From contig JBDKRC010000323.1 of assembly GCA_039683575.1 (NCBI GenBank), positions 1-64,000 on the forward strand: DNA of 64,000 nucleotides. Reading direction: 5' to 3'. The notes under the pieces were generated by a model. That model had not been told where the DNA came from and ran no database searches. It was given only the letters and a program-made list of their open reading frames with translations. This DNA comes from Armatimonadia bacterium. GTDB lineage: Bacteria > Armatimonadota > Zipacnadia > Zipacnadales > UBA11051. The translations under genes and the position numbers were made by a program. Of this stretch, positions 29,235-38,983 are shown in pieces (the first letter of the stretch is position 1; each line of letters begins with the position of its first letter).

Positions 29235-29729
29235 ATGGATAGCGATGTGCGGGGGTCGGAGGAAGCGCGAAGCGAAGGGGCACGAGCTGAGCAGGCGAGA
29301 TCGGAAAAGCGGACGGACGAGAACTGGGAGGAAACCCGGCGCCTGGAAGGGTCCCGAGATCGAGATGAGGTCTACGCGCATCGCGTAACGTACGACCCGG
29401 GTCCCAGTGGCACCGCAGTCGCGGGCCTGATCATCGGCCTCATTGCCCTCGCAGTTGCCATGTATGCGGCCTTTGCCCCTCGTGAGACGGTGCGAGAGGG
29501 ATCACAGGCGGTCACCACTGCCTGGGAGCAGACAGTCGACGCTGAACGGTCGAAGCCGCAACCCGCTGCCCAGTCAGCGCGACAGGAGCGGGGCGTGTCG
29601 GCCTCCGAGATCCACACGGTGGTGGCCAGCGAGGTGCAGAAGGAAGTGGCCTCGATGAAGGCTGAGCTGGTGAAGCTGCGCAGTGACATCGCCAGAGGCG
29701 ATCAAACTAAGCCAGCGTCACAGAAATAG
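29235..29729 (+). CDS. Hypothetical single-pass membrane protein with a coiled coil
   Basis: GGAGGA RBS; acidic N-terminus, one transmembrane segment (AVAGLIIGLIALAVAMYAAFA) and a helical tail. Confidence 0.65.
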   Translation: MDSDVRGSEEARSEGARAEQARSEKRTDENWEETRRLEGSRDRDEVYAHRVTYDPGPSGTAVAGLIIGLIALAVAMYAAFAPRETVREGSQAVTTAWEQTVDAERSKPQPAAQSARQERGVSASEIHTVVASEVQKEVASMKAELVKLRSDIARGDQTKPASQK

Positions 29730-29759
29730 CACCGGGCGAGTTGGGGAACGGAGAGTACG

Positions 29760-30032
29760 ATGACAACGCCGACGCTCGAGGCACAGGTCACAATCAGCCA
29801 CGACAAGATCCGCGAGTGGACTGAGGCTCGTCAGGGCAAGCCCGCACGTGTCAAGGGCACCGGCGACGGCAACGGCGGGATAGTGCGCATCGACTTTGAG
29901 GATGTCCACGAAGAGCATCTCGAACCAATCTCATGGGAAGAGTTCTTTGAGAAGTTCGAGGCGGAGAACCTTGCCTTCCTCTATCAGGATGGCGCGCAGA
30001 GCCGCTTTAACAGAATGATCAACCGCGACTAG
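29760..30032 (+). CDS. Small conserved acidic stress-associated protein
   Basis: HDKIREW.EARQGKPARVKGT...RIDF...ISWEEFFEKFE..NLAFLYQ pattern; general-stress gene neighbourhood. Confidence 0.7.
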   Translation: MTTPTLEAQVTISHDKIREWTEARQGKPARVKGTGDGNGGIVRIDFEDVHEEHLEPISWEEFFEKFEAENLAFLYQDGAQSRFNRMINRD

Positions 30033-30059
30033 TACCTGAAACGGCGAAAGGCGAGATAG

Positions 30060-30563
30060 ATGCCGCTCAACAGCATGCGCGATCTGATCAAGCAAGAGCT
30101 GGAGGAGCTATACGGCGCTGAGGAACAGGTCACGGAGGCCCTGCCGAGGATGGCGCGTGCCGCGTACTCTGAAGATCTCAAGTCCGATCTCGAAGAGCAT
30201 CTCGAGATAACTCGACAGCAAATGCAACGCCTGGAGCAGATCTTTCGGATTTTGGAACTGGAGCCCACTGGCAAACCATCCGCCGGCATCGCGGGTCTCC
30301 TGAGCGAGAGCAACGAAATCATGAACTCACAGGGCGACCCCGACGTCAAGGATGCCGCCCTTATAGGCGCCGCGCAGAAGATTGAGCATTACGAGATGGC
30401 CACTTACGGCACCCTCAGGTCGCACGCTCTTGAAACAGGATACGACGAAGCTGCGGAGTTGCTGCAGGAGAGCCTGGACGAAGAGGCCGAGACCGACGAA
30501 CTGCTGACGGAGATCGCGGAAAACGACATCAACGTTCGGGCCGCCGAGAGTACCTTGGTCTAA
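30060..30563 (+). CDS. yciF: YciE/YciF ferritin-like protein (DUF892)
   Basis: ELEELYGAEEQ, EHLEIT, AAQKIEHYEMATYGTL and SLDEE. Confidence 0.88.
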   Translation: MPLNSMRDLIKQELEELYGAEEQVTEALPRMARAAYSEDLKSDLEEHLEITRQQMQRLEQIFRILELEPTGKPSAGIAGLLSESNEIMNSQGDPDVKDAALIGAAQKIEHYEMATYGTLRSHALETGYDEAAELLQESLDEEAETDELLTEIAENDINVRAAESTLV

Positions 30564-30594
30564 CGGGCGCGCAACGCCAGAAAGGAGCACGAGC

Positions 30595-31053
30595 ATGGGA
30601 ACCAGGACACATGACGAGACCATAGTGGACGCCCTGACCAAACTCGCGCGGGCCAACCGGGACAGCGAAGAGGGCTATACCACGGCGGCTGAGGCTGTCA
30701 GGGAGTCCGATGCCGACTTGCACACGCTGTTCCACAGATATGCTCAGCAGCGGGCGCATTTTGCCGGCGAGCTGGAGCAGGAGATACATACCTACGGAGG
30801 CGAGTATCCCGTTGAGGGGAGCATCAGCGGGACGCTTCGGAAGGGTTGGCTGAACCTCCGTTCAGCGATCAGCGGGCACGACTCGCATGCCATCGTCGCC
30901 GAGTGCCTCAAGGCCGAAAACGCTACCCTGGAGGGCTACGAGGAGGCGCTGCGTCAAGACCTGCCCGAATATCTCAAAGAGATGATTCGCGAGCAGCATG
31001 ACGACCTCCTGGAGACCCGCCAGCGGCTGCAGGCCATCAAGCAGGCGACCTGA
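30595..31053 (+). CDS. PA2169 family four-helix bundle ferritin-like protein (DUF2383)
   Basis: NRDSEEGY..AAE, QRAHFA.EL, GSISGTLRKGWLNLR and EC..AE...YEEAL. Confidence 0.85.
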   Translation: MGTRTHDETIVDALTKLARANRDSEEGYTTAAEAVRESDADLHTLFHRYAQQRAHFAGELEQEIHTYGGEYPVEGSISGTLRKGWLNLRSAISGHDSHAIVAECLKAENATLEGYEEALRQDLPEYLKEMIREQHDDLLETRQRLQAIKQAT

Positions 31054-31131
31054 GGATCCGGATAGTCTCGCAGTCCCCGGCAGTTCGCGTTGCGACTGCA
31101 CATCCCGATAGACAAAAGGAGTGACAACCCT

Positions 31132-31305
31132 ATGCTCAACTGGGCCATCGTGTTCCTGATTGTGGCCATTATCGCCGGCATCCTGGGCTTCTCAGGCATC
31201 GCCGGAACCGCCTCCACCATTGCGTGGGTGCTGTTCGTGGCCTTCCTGATCCTGTTCGTGATCTCGCTGATCGCGGGCCGGGGACGGACAACTACCGCAG
31301 TTTGA
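31132..31305 (+). CDS. DUF1328 (YtjA/UPF0391) small membrane protein
   Basis: [25 protein letters not shown]...IAWVLF; AAGGAG RBS. Confidence 0.9.
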   Translation: MLNWAIVFLIVAIIAGILGFSGIAGTASTIAWVLFVAFLILFVISLIAGRGRTTTAV

Positions 31306-31948
31306 TCGAGGCGGCGGGCAAGGTGGCCTGCCGCAAAACAAGGCTTCTGGTCGCGGTGTCTCCAGTGGGCGCAAGGGCAGAGAACTGGAGATTGCGGCGA
31401 AGGATGGATAGCTTGACCGGAGTGGCGGAGAGGACTGGAGCGGCAATCGAGGGTGGTTGTGGGCGGTGGAGATCTGGCGAGGCCTGGGTCACCGGATCCA
31501 AACACTCTCGAAGGCCGCAGGGAACGCAGGAAAAGCGCAGGTGGTGGCGACGTGGTGGCTGCTGAGGTGGCGACGCGGGCGCCCGTGGAGGCGGAGGACT
31601 GGAGCGTTCCCGGGAACTGGCGAAGGCGCGCGGGGTGGGACCGGCAGAGGGGTGGCGAAGGGGCAGGCAAGTGGTAGTACTGAGGGCCGGTCAGTGGTGG
31701 AGAGCGCGCGGACTGGAATAGCCGCCAAAAGCGGCAACGGTTGAGCCAGGTGGTGGCGAGAGAACCATCGCCGCAAAGTGGGCCGCTGCTGGGACATACG
31801 ACGACCAGAACAACGCATGGCGCGCCTGCTCAACCTCGGAGCAGGCGCGTTATGCATTTCAGGACCTGGAAGAAGTGGCTGGACGCCTGGCGTGCACCGC
31901 CTGTGCGAACTGTGCTCCCGTGGGGTTGCAGGTGAGGAGGGCTGTGTG

Positions 31949-33211
31949 GTGGATACTGTGCACGAGGATCGAGTCGTTCTTGCTCCGGCAGAGGAACGCC
32001 GTCGCCGCTGGTGGTTCATTGGGGGCTTGGTCGCACTCTGTCTGGTACTGGTGGCGGTCGTCCTGGCGATTGTCTCCCAGTATCGCTTCCGTGAAGTTGC
32101 GGTTACCCGCCGTGACATCATCGCCCACGAATCGCTCGCCGGCAGCGTGGTGGCCCCGCCCAACGCGCTGGCGGTCATCAACTGCCATTGCTCTGCCCCG
32201 GTCTCCAGGGTCTTCGCCACCGTCGGCCAGACAGTGCGCAAGGGCGACGTCTTGGTTGAGCTATCTCATCCCACTGCCGCCGCCAACTACCAGGCCGCAC
32301 AGCAGGAACTAAGGCTGGCACGCAGCACCTTCCGGCAAGCGCAGGCGGTCTATGCCTCAGATGTCAACGAGGCGCAGCAACGTCTTGCCGACGCTCGAGC
32401 CCAACGCCAGTACGCGGCCCAGCGGATCGAGATCCCGACCGGCATGAATGAGGACGGGGGCCCCGCCCCTGGCACCAATCTTGCGCGGGAGCAGGCAGAT
32501 GAGGCCAATGTCCAGGCCGAGGCTGAGTTGGCTACGGCCACCAGACGTAGCAACGAGTATCTCGAGCCCTACCGGCAGCGGCTTGCCGCAGCCTCTCAGA
32601 GCTTCGAGGAGGCCCAGGCGGGACGCAAAGCCTCGTTTATCCGCGCGCCCATAGCCGGCCAGGTGATCGAACTGAATGCCCAGCCGGGCCAGGCCGTCGA
32701 TCAGGCACCCGATACAATAGTAGCGACCGTTGCTGACCTTAGCGCGCTCAAAATGCACGCCCGCCTCGATGACGCGCAGCGGGGACGCGTGCGACCTGGG
32801 ATGCCCGTGACGCTTCGCCTTTCGTCCTTGCCTGAAGAGACCTTCGTGGGCGAGGTTCAGCAGATCGCTGTCGAAATGGGCGGACAGGTCACCAACCGCG
32901 AGCGGGAGGTTCAGCCGATAGCTGTCATCAGCTTCATCAACCAGCAGGGGCTGGCCAAGCCGGAGATGAGTGCCCACGCCATCGTGGAGACTGAGCGGGC
33001 GGATAACGCTCTTTCAGTGCCGGTGCAGGCCGTGGAGCGGGATGGCGATGGCAAGCCCTTCGTGGGCGTCCGGCGTCGGGGGCGCTGGGTACAGACGCCG
33101 GTACAACTTGGCCCCTCTGACGGTATGTACGTCGCTGTCCTGTCTGGCCTGAGAGAGGGAGAGGTCGTACGGGTACCAGTGCGGCGTGAGACAGAGATCA
33201 CCTCGGCCTGA
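31949..33211 (+). CDS. RND/ABC efflux periplasmic adaptor (membrane fusion protein)
   Basis: N-terminal transmembrane segment, lipoyl-like halves VGQTVRKGDVL and IRAPIAGQV, and VPVQAV...SGLREGE; GTG start after AGGAGG (31946 also possible). Confidence 0.8.
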   Translation: MDTVHEDRVVLAPAEERRRRWWFIGGLVALCLVLVAVVLAIVSQYRFREVAVTRRDIIAHESLAGSVVAPPNALAVINCHCSAPVSRVFATVGQTVRKGDVLVELSHPTAAANYQAAQQELRLARSTFRQAQAVYASDVNEAQQRLADARAQRQYAAQRIEIPTGMNEDGGPAPGTNLAREQADEANVQAEAELATATRRSNEYLEPYRQRLAAASQSFEEAQAGRKASFIRAPIAGQVIELNAQPGQAVDQAPDTIVATVADLSALKMHARLDDAQRGRVRPGMPVTLRLSSLPEETFVGEVQQIAVEMGGQVTNREREVQPIAVISFINQQGLAKPEMSAHAIVETERADNALSVPVQAVERDGDGKPFVGVRRRGRWVQTPVQLGPSDGMYVAVLSGLREGEVVRVPVRRETEITSA

Positions 33212-33395
33212 GACGGTGCAGCGAGGGGTCTGAAGAGTGGCTTCACTGGGAGGCGATGCCTCTTTGGTAGTTATCGAAGAGCAAGATAGGGTGTGCCCTT
33301 ATTGTTCCGGCCTGCTTTCCAAGATACCCTAGAAGAAGATGATGGACAGGGCGTCCATCACATGCCTCGGAGCGCTGGCGCAGGTGGAGGAAGGC

Positions 33396-34511
33396 ATGCA
33401 GAAGGTATTGATCACGGGTGGGGCAGGTTTCATTGGCTCCCATCTGGCCGACGAACTGCTTCGGAGCGGGTATCAAGTGCGAGCACTGGACAACCTGTCG
33501 CCCCAGGTTCACGGCCACGGGCAGGTGCGCCCGGCTTACCTGGACCCCGAGGTTGAGTTGCAGGTCGGCGACGTGCGCAATCCGGACGACGTCCGGGCGG
33601 CGCTCAGAGACATGGACGCGGTCTTTCACTTCGCAGCGGCTGTGGGCGTTGGCCAGAGCATGTATGCCATCGCCGACTACACCAGCGTCAACAACCTCGG
33701 GACCGCAGTGCTCCTCGAGGAGTTGATGGAGCAGCGCGTCAGCAAGCTGATCATCGCTTCCAGCATGAGCCTCTACGGTGAGGGGCTCTATCTCACGCGC
33801 AGCGGTAACGTGGTCCCCGGCTATGATCGGCCGCTGTCGCAGCTTCGGCGGGGGCAGTGGGAGCTTTGCGATAGCGACGGTAACACGATGTTGCCGCTCG
33901 CGACCCCGGAGACCAAACAGCCGAACCTCGCCTCCGTGTATGCCCTGTCAAAGTACGATCAGGAGCGGCTTTGTCTCATCTTCGGCCGCGCCTACAACAC
34001 CCCCACAGTTGCCCTGCGCTTCTTCAACGCCTTTGGCACCCGCCAGGCGCTCTCGAACCCCTACACCGGCGCGCTGGCAATCTTCACCTCCCGGCTACTC
34101 AACAACAAGCCTCCCCTGATCTACGAGGACGGGCTGCAGCAACGCGACTTTGTGAGCGTACATGACCTTGCCCGAGCCTGCCGCCTCGCCCTCGAGACGC
34201 CAGCGGCCGATGGCGAGGTCTTCAACCTCGGCAGCGGACTGAGCTACACCATCCGTGAAGTGGCCCAGCGGGTCGCGGAGGCGCTCAACAAGCAGTACCT
34301 GGAGCCGGAGATCACCGGCAAGTACCGCCTGGGTGACATCCGCCACTGCTCCGCCGATATCACAAAGGCGGAGGAGATCCTGGGGTACGACCCGCAGGTG
34401 ACGCTCGAAGAGGGTTTGGTGGAGTTGACGGAATGGCTTGAGGGGCAGATCGCGGTGGACCGAGTAGATCAGGCCGCGGCCGAACTGGCGGCGCGAGGTT
34501 TGACTGTATGA
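33396..34511 (+). CDS. NAD-dependent nucleotide-sugar epimerase/dehydratase (extended SDR)
   Basis: GGAGFIGSH, YALSK, RDFVSVHD and GDIRH. Confidence 0.9.
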   Translation: MQKVLITGGAGFIGSHLADELLRSGYQVRALDNLSPQVHGHGQVRPAYLDPEVELQVGDVRNPDDVRAALRDMDAVFHFAAAVGVGQSMYAIADYTSVNNLGTAVLLEELMEQRVSKLIIASSMSLYGEGLYLTRSGNVVPGYDRPLSQLRRGQWELCDSDGNTMLPLATPETKQPNLASVYALSKYDQERLCLIFGRAYNTPTVALRFFNAFGTRQALSNPYTGALAIFTSRLLNNKPPLIYEDGLQQRDFVSVHDLARACRLALETPAADGEVFNLGSGLSYTIREVAQRVAEALNKQYLEPEITGKYRLGDIRHCSADITKAEEILGYDPQVTLEEGLVELTEWLEGQIAVDRVDQAAAELAARGLTV

Positions 34512-36667
34512 AGCTGCATAGCGCGCAGGATGAGCAGTCATCCCGGCCGTTGCTCGGAATGGTTGAGTGGTTCCGGCCGGGCGAGCACGAACGGGTCGAG
34601 TTGGTTCTATCCAAGCTCAAGGCCCTCGGCATCAGCGAACTGCGCACGGCCGTCTCGTGGGCCGATTGGCACACTCCCTACGGCGAGAGCTGGTATCACT
34701 GGCTGCTGCCCCGGCTCGCCAAGGATGTCCACTTGCTCCCCTGTTTCCTATACACGCCGCCTTCACTGGGTGTGGCGCCGCGTGCCTCCGCCCCGCCACG
34801 CGAACCGCGCGCCTATGCGGATTTCCTGGATCAGGTCATCACTGACTTCGATGACTGCTTTGACATGGTAGAGCTCTGGAACGAGCCCAACAACCTCAGT
34901 GAGTACGACTGGACCCTCGACCCGCAGTGGCACATCTTTTGCGAGATGATCGGTTCAGCGGCCTACTGGGCGCAGCAGCGTGGCAAAGGAACCGTCCTGG
35001 GCGGTATGGCTCCAGCCGACCCTAACTGGCTCTCTACCATCGGGTGCGGCGGCGTGCTCAACTACATTGACGTCGTCGGCATTCATGGCTTCCCCGGCGT
35101 CTGGGAGTTTGCCTGGCAGGGCTGGGATTACTACCTCGAGGAGACACGCGAAGTCCTCCGGCAGCATGACTGCGGGGCCGACATCTGGATTACCGAAACC
35201 GGCTTCTCCACCTGGCGCCACGGTTACCACAACCAGCTCCGAGCGTTCCTGGAGGCTCTCGACGCCCCGGTCGAGCGCGTGTATTGGTACGCCGTGCAGG
35301 ACCTGCAGCCGGAATATGCCACCGTGGACGGCTTCCACTCCGACGAGCGCGACTACCATTTCGGGCTGACGCATTGTGACGGCAGCGACAAGCTCATCTG
35401 CCGCGTCCTGCAACAGGAGGGGCAGTCGGGCCTGAGGCGCCTGGCTGATCTGGCCCATGCCGCCACTCCCCCGGTCCCCGTCCGGAAGTGCGAGGCGAGC
35501 AGCTGCCCCAAGGCCCAGGCCAAAGCCGTTCCGGCGACCTTGCACAAGGTGGGACCGGCCCAGTCTTCGGCCTCTGGACGCGTGCTGATCACGGGTGGCG
35601 CGGGTTTCATCGGCACTAATCTCGCCCATCGTCTCCTCAGCGAGGGTCGCGAGGTCGCCATCTATGACAGCCTGGCTCGCCGGGGCGCCGAGAGCAACCT
35701 CCGCTGGCTATCCGACACGTACGGTGACCGCCTGCAACTGCATCTTGCCGATGTGCGCGACCCTATCGCGCTCGGGCAAGCCCTGTCCGGGGTTGAACAG
35801 GTCTTTCACCTCGCGGCGCAGGTGGCAGTCACCACCAGCCTTGTCAAACCGGCAGTCGACTTTGAGATCAACGGGCTGGGCACCATGAACCTGCTGGAGG
35901 AGATGCGCCGCCTCGACAATCCCCCGCGGCTTGTCTTCACCTCCACCAACAAGGTCTACGGCGGCCTGGCAGACATCGGGTTGCGCCTCAGCGGCCAGCG
36001 CTACGAACCTGCCGACCCGGTCCTCCGCCACAGCGGCATCAGCGAGGCGCGCTCCCTCGACTTCCATAGCCCCTACGGCTGCTCCAAAGGCACTGCGGAC
36101 CAGTACGTGGTCGACTATGCCCGCAGCTACGGCCTTGAGACCGTGGTCTTCCGCATGAGCTGCATCTATGGGCCGCACCAGAGGGGCAGCGAGGACCAGG
36201 GCTGGGTGGCTCATTTCGTCCTGCGCGCACTCAAGGATGAGCCCATAACCCTCTTCGGCGACGGCTGCCAGGTGCGCGACGTGCTGTTTGTCGAGGACCT
36301 GGTTGAGGCTTTCCTCCTGGCCGAGGCCAACCTGCCCGAACTGGCGGGCGAAGTCTTCAACATCGGAGGCGGGCCGCAGAACACCATCAGTTTGCTGGAG
36401 TTGATTGACCTGATCGAGGAAATGCAGGGCGCCCGGCCGCTGCTGCACCACGATCAGTGGCGCATTGGGGACCAACGCTACTATGTCTCCGACACCCGCA
36501 AATTCCAGCGGGCGACGGGTTGGCAGCCTGAGGTAGACGTCCATAGGGGCGTCCAGCGGCTGCATGAGTGGCTGGTATCAGTTCATGGCAGCGCGCGGCT
36601 GAGCCTCTCAGCAAAGGCGAGACGACTGCCGGAGCCGGTTGCCGCCGCCGTCGCGGCACTGACTTAG
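34508..36667 (+). CDS. Fusion of a clan GH-A glycoside hydrolase-like domain and a CDP-paratose 2-epimerase-like SDR
   Basis: ELWNEPN and WITETG in the N-terminal half; GGAGFIGTN, STNKVYG, YGCSK and EDQGWVAHF in the C-terminal half; ATGA overlap with the previous gene. Confidence 0.85.
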   Translation: MKLHSAQDEQSSRPLLGMVEWFRPGEHERVELVLSKLKALGISELRTAVSWADWHTPYGESWYHWLLPRLAKDVHLLPCFLYTPPSLGVAPRASAPPREPRAYADFLDQVITDFDDCFDMVELWNEPNNLSEYDWTLDPQWHIFCEMIGSAAYWAQQRGKGTVLGGMAPADPNWLSTIGCGGVLNYIDVVGIHGFPGVWEFAWQGWDYYLEETREVLRQHDCGADIWITETGFSTWRHGYHNQLRAFLEALDAPVERVYWYAVQDLQPEYATVDGFHSDERDYHFGLTHCDGSDKLICRVLQQEGQSGLRRLADLAHAATPPVPVRKCEASSCPKAQAKAVPATLHKVGPAQSSASGRVLITGGAGFIGTNLAHRLLSEGREVAIYDSLARRGAESNLRWLSDTYGDRLQLHLADVRDPIALGQALSGVEQVFHLAAQVAVTTSLVKPAVDFEINGLGTMNLLEEMRRLDNPPRLVFTSTNKVYGGLADIGLRLSGQRYEPADPVLRHSGISEARSLDFHSPYGCSKGTADQYVVDYARSYGLETVVFRMSCIYGPHQRGSEDQGWVAHFVLRALKDEPITLFGDGCQVRDVLFVEDLVEAFLLAEANLPELAGEVFNIGGGPQNTISLLELIDLIEEMQGARPLLHHDQWRIGDQRYYVSDTRKFQRATGWQPEVDVHRGVQRLHEWLVSVHGSARLSLSAKARRLPEPVAAAVAALT

Positions 36668-36749
36668 CCCAATGTGGAACCGCTGACAGTCCGGCAGGGC
36701 TGGGAGGGGTCACTGACCCCGACAGATCAGGCACTTAGGGAGGGCCAGC

Positions 36750-37724
36750 ATGTCTCACCACAACAAGCACATGCAAGCAGCCGTTCTGGTAGAGCCGGGA
36801 GAGATAGAGCTCCAGGAGGCGCCGGTACCGGAGGCCGGAGCCGGTCAGATACGGGTGAAGCTCCAGGGCTGCGGTGTCTGCGCCTCAAACCTCCCGCCCT
36901 TCGAGGGCCGAGAGTGGTTCACCTATCCCTTCCAGCCGGGCCAGCTTGGGCACGAGGGCTGGGGCGTCATCGACCAGCTCGGTGAGGGCGTGACAGGTCT
37001 TGATATTGGCCAGCGCGTCAGTGTCCTCTCCGACCATGCCTACGCCGAGTACGACGTCACCGACGCCGCCAAGGCTGTGGCGCTGCCGGACGTGCTTGAG
37101 GGCCACTCCTTTCCGGGCGAGCCGCTCGGCTGCGCTATGAATATCTTCCGCCGCAGCGACCTCCACTCCGGCCAGACGGTCGCCATCGTCGGCATTGGCT
37201 TCCTCGGCGCCCTCCTGACCGAGCTTGCCAGCAAGTCCGGCGCGACGGTATTCGCCATCGCCCGCCGGCCCTTCGCCCAGAGCATTGCGCGCCAGATGGG
37301 CGCGGCCGAGGTCATCCCCATGGACGACCATTGGAAGATCATTGAGAAGGTCAAGGAGCTGACGGGCCAGGTCATGTGCGACCGTGTCATCGAAGCCGTG
37401 GGCAAGCAGTGGCCTCTCGACCTCGCCGCCGAACTCACCCGCGAGATGGGTCGCCTTATCATCGCTGGCTATCACCAGGACGGGATGCGCCAGGTCAACA
37501 TGCAGCTCTGGAACTGGCGTGGTCTCGACGTGATCAACGCCCATGAACGTCAAACGGAAGTCTACATCCGGGGCATCAGCGAGGCCGTACAGGCTGTCAC
37601 CGAGAGCCGGCTCACTCCCGAGCCCCTCTACACTCACCAGTTCCCGCTGAAAGACCTCCAGCAGGCGCTGGAGATGACCCGTGACCGCCCGGACGGCTTC
37701 TTCAAGGCCCTGGTGCGAATGTGA
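36750..37724 (+). CDS. Zinc-binding (MDR) sugar/polyol dehydrogenase
   Basis: CGVCAS, GHEGWG, EPLGC and GIGFLG; no 4-Cys structural zinc lobe. Confidence 0.85.
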   Translation: MSHHNKHMQAAVLVEPGEIELQEAPVPEAGAGQIRVKLQGCGVCASNLPPFEGREWFTYPFQPGQLGHEGWGVIDQLGEGVTGLDIGQRVSVLSDHAYAEYDVTDAAKAVALPDVLEGHSFPGEPLGCAMNIFRRSDLHSGQTVAIVGIGFLGALLTELASKSGATVFAIARRPFAQSIARQMGAAEVIPMDDHWKIIEKVKELTGQVMCDRVIEAVGKQWPLDLAAELTREMGRLIIAGYHQDGMRQVNMQLWNWRGLDVINAHERQTEVYIRGISEAVQAVTESRLTPEPLYTHQFPLKDLQQALEMTRDRPDGFFKALVRM

Positions 37725-37785
37725 CGGTCACGCGTAGGTCGGTGCGTCTCGCACCCACACCGACAGCAGACGTTGGAGTTTCACC

Positions 37786-38904
37786 ATGAAAGTCTTAATG
37801 ACAACGGACACAGTCGGCGGCGTCTGGACTTACTCCCTCGAGCTGGCTCGCGCCCTCGGCGAGCAGGGGGTTGAGATCGCCCTCGCAACGATGGGAGACC
37901 CCCTTAGCCCCTCCCAGCGCCGGGCCGTTGCCGACGTTCCCGACGTCACTCTCTTTGAGAGTACCTACAAGCTCGAGTGGATGCAGGACCCCTGGGACGA
38001 CCTGGAGCGTGCCGGCGACTGGCTGCTCGAGGTCGAAAACCGCTTCGAACCGGACGTCATACATCTCAACAGCTACGTCCACGGTTCGCTGCCCTGGCGC
38101 GCGCCGCTGCTCGTTGTCGGACACTCCTGCGTACTCTCGTGGTGGGAGGCAGTCAAGGCCCTGCCGGCCCCGCCGGAATGGGATCACTACCGCGAGCTTG
38201 TGATGCAGGGAATCCGCTGCGCCGGACTCGTCGTCGCGCCCTCACACACGATGCTCGATGCACTGGACCGCCACTATGGCCCCTTCCGCAACAGCGGCGT
38301 CATCTACAACGCTCGCAACGCCGGCTGCTTCAAGCCGGGCGGCAAGGGCCGCCTGATCTTCGCCAGCGGCCGACTGTGGGACGAGGCCAAGAACCTGCGC
38401 CTCGTCGAGCGGATCGCCTCGCAGGTGCAGTGGCCTGTGTACATGGCCGGAGAGAATGTCTCACCGGACGGCGGCATGGTGGAGTTTGGCGGGATGAAGC
38501 ACCTTGGCCGGCTCAGCCAGGCCGACATGGCCCAGTGGCTTGGGCGCGCCGCAATCTGCGTCCATCCTGCTCGCTACGAACCCTTCGGGCTGGGCGTGCT
38601 GGAGGCCGCTCTGTGCGGCTGTGCGCTCGTCCTGGGCGACATCCCCTCGCTGCGCGAGTTGTGGAGTGGCTGCGCGCTGTTCGTGTCGCCGGATGACGCG
38701 CAGGGCCTGCGTGACGCGCTCGAACTGCTCATCAATGACCCGGACCTGCGTCACGAACTCGCCAACGCCGCCGCCGAGCATGCCCGCAGCTTCGCGCCTG
38801 ACCGGCAGGCCGATGAGTACCTAGACGCCTACGATCTGGTCATGTCGCGCGCCATGTGGCCTGTCACTGCCGAGGCCTTACCCGTAGGAACGACACCTGG
38901 ATAG
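37786..38904 (+). CDS. GT4 family glycosyltransferase
   Basis: DTVGGVWTY, GRLWDEAKN and EPFGLGVLEA. Confidence 0.9.
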   Translation: MKVLMTTDTVGGVWTYSLELARALGEQGVEIALATMGDPLSPSQRRAVADVPDVTLFESTYKLEWMQDPWDDLERAGDWLLEVENRFEPDVIHLNSYVHGSLPWRAPLLVVGHSCVLSWWEAVKALPAPPEWDHYRELVMQGIRCAGLVVAPSHTMLDALDRHYGPFRNSGVIYNARNAGCFKPGGKGRLIFASGRLWDEAKNLRLVERIASQVQWPVYMAGENVSPDGGMVEFGGMKHLGRLSQADMAQWLGRAAICVHPARYEPFGLGVLEAALCGCALVLGDIPSLRELWSGCALFVSPDDAQGLRDALELLINDPDLRHELANAAAEHARSFAPDRQADEYLDAYDLVMSRAMWPVTAEALPVGTTPG

Positions 38905-38983
38905 ACTCGCGCAGAGTCACTCCTCCCGAACTGAAAGCACCCCTGAGACAGCGCCGAATGTGGCTGGGGGACAAGAAGGCATC

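Noticed and set aside
33270-33294. SigB/SigF-like promoter GTTAT-N14-GGGTGT before the glycosylation operon
   Set aside because: It is a weak match, and I could not find it repeated before other island genes.
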